DNA from: Verrucomicrobiia bacterium
GTDB lineage: Bacteria; Verrucomicrobiota; Verrucomicrobiia; Limisphaerales; UBA11358
DNA: 64,000 nt
Direction of reading: 5' to 3'
Assembly (NCBI GenBank): GCA_025451535.1
Contig: JANWKE010000054.1
Coordinates: 8,179-72,178 of the forward strand
Position 1 is the first letter of the stretch; each line of letters starts with the position of its first letter. Below the pieces are notes generated by a model. That model had not been told where the DNA came from. It made no database searches and worked only from the letters and a program-made list of their open reading frames with translations. The position numbers and the translations under genes are program-made. Below, piece after piece: positions 58,363 through 64,000 of this stretch.

Positions 58363-61068
58363 TCATCTTCCACTCTGCTCCACCAGCCGTCGGAGCTCCA
58401 CGTTAAATGAATCCGCTTTTTGCAGCATTTCCAGCGTCAGGTGCATCCGGTAGCGCCAGTAATAATTGGGAATGGCAGGCACGTTGATGCGCTCCGTGTG
58501 GGGATCGGCCCGGCGCAGCTTTTCATCCATGCCCAGCAAATCCTGCAGTTGGAAGATGCTCCACATCGCCGGTGAGGCCAGATGTTGGTCCACGATGGCC
58601 CGGTTGATCCAACCCCCACAGCGCCGGGGTGCCTCGCCCGGCCGGCCGAGGTCCTGGTTGTAAAATTTCTGCGTCAGTTTTGCGTCTTCCTCCCACCAGC
58701 CGCGAATGGTGCTCATGTCGTGCGATGACGGCGTGACCACGCTGAGGTAAGGTGCGTCCGCGGGCCGGGAAAATTCCTGGCCCAGCCGCTTGGGCATGCG
58801 CTGGACTTCGAGGCTCAGCAAACCAAGCTGCTTCATGGCCACGGGTACACAGTCCGGCACCACGCCGAGGTCCTCGCCGCAGACCAGCATGTTCGTCACG
58901 CGCTTGAGCGCAGGCAGCTTCTGCATCGCTTCGCGCATCCAGAAATCGTCCTGCCGCCGGAAGAAATAATCCACATACAATTCCTGGAGCTGCGCCCGGG
59001 TCCGGGGCGGAAGATTTTTAAACGATGTCGTGTCCGCCATCGAAAACCGGAAATGGTATTGCCTGGATTGAGGACCCTCGACCTCGAACAGAATCACGTT
59101 GCTGATCAAATCGAACAAACCGCTTTTAAGTTTGGCATTGCGCGCGTTTTGTTCCCGGGCGGCAAACCAGGTTTCCACCTGGCGTTGCGTGGCAAATCCG
59201 GGTTTCAACGAATACTGGCCGCCGGGCCCGGCGTTTAGGAACTCGCGGCGAACGATTTCGGATTCATTGCCAAAAATTTCCTCCAGCACCGCATCCGTAA
59301 TGAAGGGCCTGGTGCAACGGTCGTGATCGAATGCAATGCCGCGGGCGCTGAATTCGCCGGCCTCCACGGGAATCACCGGTACGAAGCTTCCCAGAATACC
59401 CTCGACGGCATGGGCGGGAATGCTCCAGATGCGGAAAAAGCCCAGGACATGGTCGATGCGAAACGCATCGAAATAACAACTCATCTGCGCGAACCGGCGC
59501 TTCCACCACGCAAAACCGCCTTCCTTCATCCGCAGCCAGTTGTAGGTCGGGAAACCCCAGTTTTGGCCTTTGACCGCAAACGCGTCCGGCGGCGCGCCGG
59601 CCTGGGTGTCCGTGTGAAACAGCTCCGGCTCGCACCACACGTCGGCCCCATGCCGATAAACGCCGATGGCAATGTCACCTTTCAGAATTATGCCCTGCTT
59701 ATGCGAATGTTCCGCCGCCGCCTTGAGCTGCTGGTGCAGGTGATATTGAATAAAATAATGCAACGCGATGTCGTCGTGGGCCGGGGAATTTTCGGCGGCC
59801 AATTCGTCCGCCTCCGACGATTGGTAGCGGCGATGGGCCGGCCACCGGTTGAAGTCCGGGGCTCCATACCGGTCACGCAAATAACAGAACACCGCGTAGG
59901 GTTCCAGCCAATGCCGGTTGTCGCTAAAAAACTTCCGGTAATCCCGGCTGCGAAAAGTTGCCGCCTTTTGCGAAGGGAAAATTTGTCTGATGAAGCCAAG
60001 TTTGGCCTTCATCACGGCCTCATAATCCACCGTGTCGAGCGCATTGAGCCGCCGGCGTTCCGGTTCCAATGCCACAAGCAGTTTTTTGTTCTTTGGGCTG
60101 GCGACCGCGGCGAGGTTGAGATAAAGCGGGTGCAGCGCAAACGCCGATATGGCGGCATACGGATAGGAGTCGGTCCAGGAATGCGTCGCGGTGGTATCGT
60201 TGACCGGAAGGATCTGGATCAGTTTCAGTCCCACCTGCCTGCTCCAGTCGGCCACCCGTTTGAGATCCTCAAACTCCCCCACCCCGAAACTATGTTCACT
60301 TCGCAGGCTGAACACGGGCATCGCCACGCCGGCCCCTTTCCAGGTGTCCGCCGGCAGCACGGCAAAACCATCATGCACGATGGTATGTTTGTCCGGTGCC
60401 GGGGCATCGTGCAAAATCCGGTTGCTGCCGGCTTCATGGCGGACGAACACGTTACTTTCAACGTCATAGACGCCGTATTTGTAGGTGATGGGAAATGATT
60501 GATTGCTTAAATTCAACCTCACGCTGAGAAAATCACTGCCCGCCGTCCGGTCCAAAAGGGGTGATTGTGCCGTGTCCCAATTGCCCAAAGCCGCAGTGTC
60601 ACCGAGCAGACAAAGTGTCTGCCCCTTCCCCAGCAGCGGGGCCTTGACTTTGAAAGTGTGGGTGGCGGCGGACGGAGCCGGCCTTCGCACCTCGGTGTGA
60701 TTGGGCCTCAACAAGACCTGTTGGAACGGTTCCGTGTAAAATGCATTCTCAAAAAATCCTTCATTATTCCATGCGTCAACAATCAGCACCTCTTCGTGCG
60801 TGAACGCAGCAGGATTGATGGTCCGGCCGTTCCCCCAGTCCTGAATCGTAGGACCATCTAGCTGGCGCAAGACATAATTGTAGTGAATCCCAACCTTCGT
60901 TGGCGGCCCTTTCGGCAGGGTGATGGTGACTTGCCAGAATTCCTCACTGAGATACTGGAGGGGTATTGCCCTTTCAACCCGGCCGCCACCCAGCATTTCG
61001 TGATCACCCGTAAGCCAAAGGGATTGGCCGTACTTTGTGTGAAAACGCAGTTTAAAGGTCAATTTCAT
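58363..61068 (-). CDS. malQ: 4-alpha-glucanotransferase (amylomaltase, GH77), DPE2-like long form with two N-terminal CBM20 modules
   Basis: 901 aa with no signal peptide. CBM20-like N-terminus: KLTFKLRFHTKYGQSLWLTGDHEMLGG, with a second copy at HTFKVKAPLLGKGQTLCLLGDTAALGNW. GH77 motifs: ILPVNDTTATHSWTDSYPYAAISAFALHPLYL, FRIDHVLGFFRIW, VCGEDLG, TPSSHD. Confidence 0.9.
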   Translation of the reverse strand: MKLTFKLRFHTKYGQSLWLTGDHEMLGGGRVERAIPLQYLSEEFWQVTITLPKGPPTKVGIHYNYVLRQLDGPTIQDWGNGRTINPAAFTHEEVLIVDAWNNEGFFENAFYTEPFQQVLLRPNHTEVRRPAPSAATHTFKVKAPLLGKGQTLCLLGDTAALGNWDTAQSPLLDRTAGSDFLSVRLNLSNQSFPITYKYGVYDVESNVFVRHEAGSNRILHDAPAPDKHTIVHDGFAVLPADTWKGAGVAMPVFSLRSEHSFGVGEFEDLKRVADWSRQVGLKLIQILPVNDTTATHSWTDSYPYAAISAFALHPLYLNLAAVASPKNKKLLVALEPERRRLNALDTVDYEAVMKAKLGFIRQIFPSQKAATFRSRDYRKFFSDNRHWLEPYAVFCYLRDRYGAPDFNRWPAHRRYQSSEADELAAENSPAHDDIALHYFIQYHLHQQLKAAAEHSHKQGIILKGDIAIGVYRHGADVWCEPELFHTDTQAGAPPDAFAVKGQNWGFPTYNWLRMKEGGFAWWKRRFAQMSCYFDAFRIDHVLGFFRIWSIPAHAVEGILGSFVPVIPVEAGEFSARGIAFDHDRCTRPFITDAVLEEIFGNESEIVRREFLNAGPGGQYSLKPGFATQRQVETWFAAREQNARNAKLKSGLFDLISNVILFEVEGPQSRQYHFRFSMADTTSFKNLPPRTRAQLQELYVDYFFRRQDDFWMREAMQKLPALKRVTNMLVCGEDLGVVPDCVPVAMKQLGLLSLEVQRMPKRLGQEFSRPADAPYLSVVTPSSHDMSTIRGWWEEDAKLTQKFYNQDLGRPGEAPRRCGGWINRAIVDQHLASPAMWSIFQLQDLLGMDEKLRRADPHTERINVPAIPNYYWRYRMHLTLEMLQKADSFNVELRRLVEQSGR

Positions 61069-61302
61069 TTACTCACCGGTGGCTGAACTTTGCTTCCGAT
61101 TACCAAAGCCTCAGTCGAGGGCATAAATCCTGTGCAGTTTATTATGGAACAGGGAAATACGACGGCAAGTGCAAAGCATGTCCTGATTCACATCACTTTC
61201 CTCGCCATCGTCACCACCCGGACCGTCCCCCGCCGCCTCGTAAAGATGAACGATAAACCGCGTTAAACTTCAAAATGCCGGCGATAACCTGAATGCGGGA
61301 AG

Positions 61303-63492
61303 TTACCGCAGAAACGCCTCATGGAGACCGCCGTCCACGGCAATAATTTGCCCGGTGGTTTTGCCCAGCCGGCTGCCAATCAACAGAAAATAGGCTTCGG
61401 CCTGGTCGGCAGGCGTGATGGGTGATTTGGTCAACGTCCGATCAGCGTAAAACTGTGCCAGTTTCTTTACCAGCAATTCCGTGGGCTCGTCGTCGGCATA
61501 GGGAATTTTATATTTCGCGAGCGAGCCGATGACCCGGTCGCGGGGGAACATGGCCGAGCCTTGCACCACCGTGGCGGGGGCGACGCCGTTGACGCGCACC
61601 AGCGGCGCGAGTTCGATCGCCAGTTCGCGAACCAGATGATTGGCGGCGGCCTTGGAGGTGTCGTAGGCCAAACTGCCCTTCTTGGACACCACCGCGTTGG
61701 CGCTGGTCGTCAGCACCAGGTTGCCACGCAAGCCCTGTTCCTTCCAGGTTTTCGCTGCTTCATCCGCAACGAGATAACTGCCGGTGACATTGATGGCAAA
61801 AGTCGCGGCCCATTTGTCGTCGGGAATGTGGCCGGTCGTGTCGCTCGGCACGAAAACCCCGGCGGTCACACAAATCGAATCGAACCCTCCGTAAGCCAGT
61901 GCGACCTGGTCGAGCATTTGGCGGATGCTCGTGCGGTTCGTGATATCGCAGCCCAGGCCAATGGCCGGGCCACAATTCGAAATGCCCGTTCCCGCCACGC
62001 CGATGCCGACGCCAAATTTGTCCATGATCTCCTTGGCCGCCGCCCGCGCCGCGCCTTCGTTCAAATCCGCGCACACGACCTGCGCACCCTCGCGGACGAG
62101 CCGATGCGCGGTCTCCCGGCCAATGCCCGAACCGGCCCCGATGACCACGACCATCTGCCGCGCGAGTTCCTTTTCCGCCGGCATCCGTTTCAATTTCGCC
62201 TCCTCCAGCAGCCAGTATTCGATGTCGAACGCCTCCTGCTGCGGCAGCGAAACGTATTGGTCAACCGCCTCCGCCCCGCGCATGACCTCAACGGCGCAAT
62301 TGTAAAACTCCGCCGTTACCCGTGATTCGCTTTTGTCTTTGCCCCAGGCAATCATGCCGAGGCCGGGAATCAGGATGACCGTCGGATTCGGGTCGCGCAT
62401 GGCCGGCGAGTCGGGATGCCGGCAGCGCTGGTAATAACTCGCGTAATCCTTCCGGTATTGTTCCAGCCCGGCGGCAAGTTTTCCTTTGAGCATGGCCAGA
62501 TCCCCTGTCTGCGGATTCCAATCCACGTAAAGCGGCTTGATTTTCGTCCGCAGAAAATGGTCGGGACAACTGGTCCCCAATTCCGCCAGACGCAGGGCGT
62601 CCGCTGAATTGACAAAGCGCAGGATTTTTTCGTCGTCCTGCACCGTCGCGATAAGGCGTTTTTGTTGCGAAACCTGCCCGCGCAACCAGGGCAGGATCGC
62701 GGCAAAAATCTCACTGCGTTTTTCCGGGGCAAGGGTCTGAAATTTCGCGCCGCCGAATGCCTTCGCGTCGCCTCCGTTGGCCGCGTACTTTTTCTCGATG
62801 AATTGTGACGCGCGTTCGATGAAATCCAAAGTGTGCAAATAACACTCCTTTTCGTCGTTCGCCCACGAAATGAAGCCGTGCTGCCCCATCATGATCGCCG
62901 TCGCCTTCGGGCTCTTTCCGACCGTCTCCTGCATCGCCAGGCCAAGTTCAAAACCGGGACGCATCCAGGAAACATAAGCCATTTCGCCGCCGAATATTTC
63001 CCGCGTCAGCTCCGCGCACCGCTGGCTGGCAGCGATGGCGATGATCGCATTCGGATGCATGTGGTCCACAAACTTCGCCCGAATGAAACTGTGCAGCGGC
63101 GTGTCAATGGAACTGGCGCGCGGATTCAAATTGAATGTGCAATGGTTGTAAGCCGCCACCATGTCGTCCTCGGCCGGCGACTTGAGGCCTTTGTCAGCGC
63201 GGGCCGCATAGGTTTTTTGCAGACCCAACAGCCGGGCCTGGTAAAGCGAGGAAAAGTTTTCGCGCCGGGCGGTGCGCAAATCGCCGCCCGAACCCTTGAC
63301 CCAAAGCACTTCGACCGGCTCACCCGTGAGCGGGTCTGTTTCCACGAGCTTGGACGAGGTGTTGCCGCCGCCGGTGTTGGTCACGCGCTGGTCGGCGCCC
63401 AGGCAGTTGGAACGGTAAACCAGCAGTTCGACCGGCGAAAGCTTCGCGGCCACGGCGTCGTCCCACCGATTATTGACGTGTTGAAATTTCAT
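61303..63492 (-). CDS. Bifunctional class II aldolase / short-chain dehydrogenase (RhaEW/YuxG-like rhamnulose-1-phosphate aldolase-lactaldehyde dehydrogenase type)
   Basis: The ATG at 63492 gives MKFQHVNNRWDDAVAAKLSPVELLVYRSNCLGADQRVTNTGGGNTSSK, the typical N-terminus of this fusion family. The C-terminal SDR domain has VIGAGSGIGRETA (Rossmann) and SKAAANHLVRELA (YxxxK-type region). The ORF-track start at 63609 adds 39 unlikely codons. Confidence 0.85.
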   Translation of the reverse strand: MKFQHVNNRWDDAVAAKLSPVELLVYRSNCLGADQRVTNTGGGNTSSKLVETDPLTGEPVEVLWVKGSGGDLRTARRENFSSLYQARLLGLQKTYAARADKGLKSPAEDDMVAAYNHCTFNLNPRASSIDTPLHSFIRAKFVDHMHPNAIIAIAASQRCAELTREIFGGEMAYVSWMRPGFELGLAMQETVGKSPKATAIMMGQHGFISWANDEKECYLHTLDFIERASQFIEKKYAANGGDAKAFGGAKFQTLAPEKRSEIFAAILPWLRGQVSQQKRLIATVQDDEKILRFVNSADALRLAELGTSCPDHFLRTKIKPLYVDWNPQTGDLAMLKGKLAAGLEQYRKDYASYYQRCRHPDSPAMRDPNPTVILIPGLGMIAWGKDKSESRVTAEFYNCAVEVMRGAEAVDQYVSLPQQEAFDIEYWLLEEAKLKRMPAEKELARQMVVVIGAGSGIGRETAHRLVREGAQVVCADLNEGAARAAAKEIMDKFGVGIGVAGTGISNCGPAIGLGCDITNRTSIRQMLDQVALAYGGFDSICVTAGVFVPSDTTGHIPDDKWAATFAINVTGSYLVADEAAKTWKEQGLRGNLVLTTSANAVVSKKGSLAYDTSKAAANHLVRELAIELAPLVRVNGVAPATVVQGSAMFPRDRVIGSLAKYKIPYADDEPTELLVKKLAQFYADRTLTKSPITPADQAEAYFLLIGSRLGKTTGQIIAVDGGLHEAFLR

Positions 63493-63588
63493 TCTTTGAT
63501 ATTCTGTGTTTTTTTTGTTATTTCTGTGAATTAAAGCTTGCTTCGCGCCAAAACCCAAGTAGAAAAGAAGAAAAATCATCAAGGGATT

Positions 63589-64000
63589 ATGCTGGCCGTC
63601 GAAAGGCAACAGCGGATTTTGGACATGCTGTCGAAATCACGGGCGGTGACCACCACCCGGGCGGCCAAAGTGCTGGCCGTCTCGGCGGAAACCGTCCGCC
63701 GGGATTTCGAGAAATTGGCGGCTGAGGGTCGCCTCTCGCGCGAGCATGGTGGCGCAGTGCCGGCCAATGACGGCCGGCGGGATCTTCCTTTGGACAGCCG
63801 CGAAATGGCCAGCGTCAGCGAAAAGGAAGCCATCGCCCGAGTTGCCCGGGCGTTGATTCAAAAGGGCGACACCCTGTTTTTCGACGCCAGTTCCACCGTG
63901 TTTCATCTGGCGCGCCTGCTGGCTGATCATGAGGTGACGGTTTTGACGAACGCCCTGAAAATCGCCGCCGAGCTGGCCCGGCAACCGGCCGTGGAAGTGA
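63589..64000 (+). CDS. DeoR/GlpR-family transcriptional regulator, 5' part (runs off the right edge)
   Basis: My translation from ATG 63589 is MLAVERQQRILDMLSKSRAVTTTRAAKVLAVSAETVRRDFEKLAAEGRLSREHGGAV... (DeoR wHTH). It continues ...EKEAIARVARALIQKGDTLFFDASSTVFHLARLL (DeoR-C sugar-phosphate sensor domain). It is divergent from the aldolase/SDR gene and is absent from the ORF track because there is no stop in the window. Confidence 0.8.
   Translation, partial: MLAVERQQRILDMLSKSRAVTTTRAAKVLAVSAETVRRDFEKLAAEGRLSREHGGAVPANDGRRDLPLDSREMASVSEKEAIARVARALIQKGDTLFFDASSTVFHLARLLADHEVTVLTNALKIAAELARQPAVEV

Noticed and set aside
1-64000. Search for CRISPR arrays, tRNA/rRNA genes, transposases/integrases, toxin-antitoxin pairs or known defence systems.
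   Set aside because: I saw no regularly spaced short repeats, no cloverleaf-like or rRNA-like segments in intergenic DNA, and no ORF with recombinase, nuclease-helicase or small paired-gene signatures. The scan was by eye only and is not exhaustive.

Overview
High-GC bacterial chromosomal segment. It is probably from a Verrucomicrobiota-like organism. This is an inference from a prepilin-type '[23 protein letters not shown]' N-terminus, a PEP-CTERM protein, and LamG-decorated GH43 enzymes with 'W.G.GG...W....NW' N-termini. The window holds two adjacent glycan-utilisation regions separated and interrupted by regulators.

- **Left region (1-15.2 kb, all minus strand):** an arabinan/arabinoxylan set. 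It has three GH43 arabinanase-like genes (two carry tandem LamG domains), a GH51 arabinofuranosidase, a GH30 enzyme and a FucI-family sugar isomerase.
- **Regulatory/envelope island (15.4-21.9 kb):** an orphan receiver, a histidine kinase plus NtrC-type sigma-54 activator, a good -24/-12 promoter, a small lipoprotein, a small outer-membrane beta-barrel and an FN3 protein.
- **Right region (22-61 kb):** a large alpha-glucan (starch/glycogen) region. It has a SUT-like MFS transporter, four GH13 enzymes (two over 1200 aa), two GH31 enzymes, a GH57-clan enzyme with a CBM25-like module, a GH77 MalQ with CBM20s, a protein with four CBM48/20-like modules paired with a pseudopilin-like protein, a PEP-CTERM protein and a LuxR-type two-component system.
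- **Right edge:** a fused aldolase/SDR gene and a partial DeoR regulator gene.

No rRNA, tRNA, CRISPR array, transposase, TonB-dependent receptor or SusC/D gene was seen.

The most interesting signals are:
1. A ~55-aa module at the extreme C-terminus, ending F[FY]R[LV]xxxP, shared by nine secreted enzymes. It is a candidate sorting or anchoring tag.
2. A 16-bp palindrome, CCGCA-N6-TGCGG, upstream of seven alpha-glucan transcription units. It is a candidate regulon operator.
3. An operator-controlled CBM/pseudopilin operon.
4. A 174-bp nested palindrome.
5. 47-nt inverted repeats bracketing a 3.5-kb two-gene insertion.

All family assignments come from motif recognition by eye. No searches were run.
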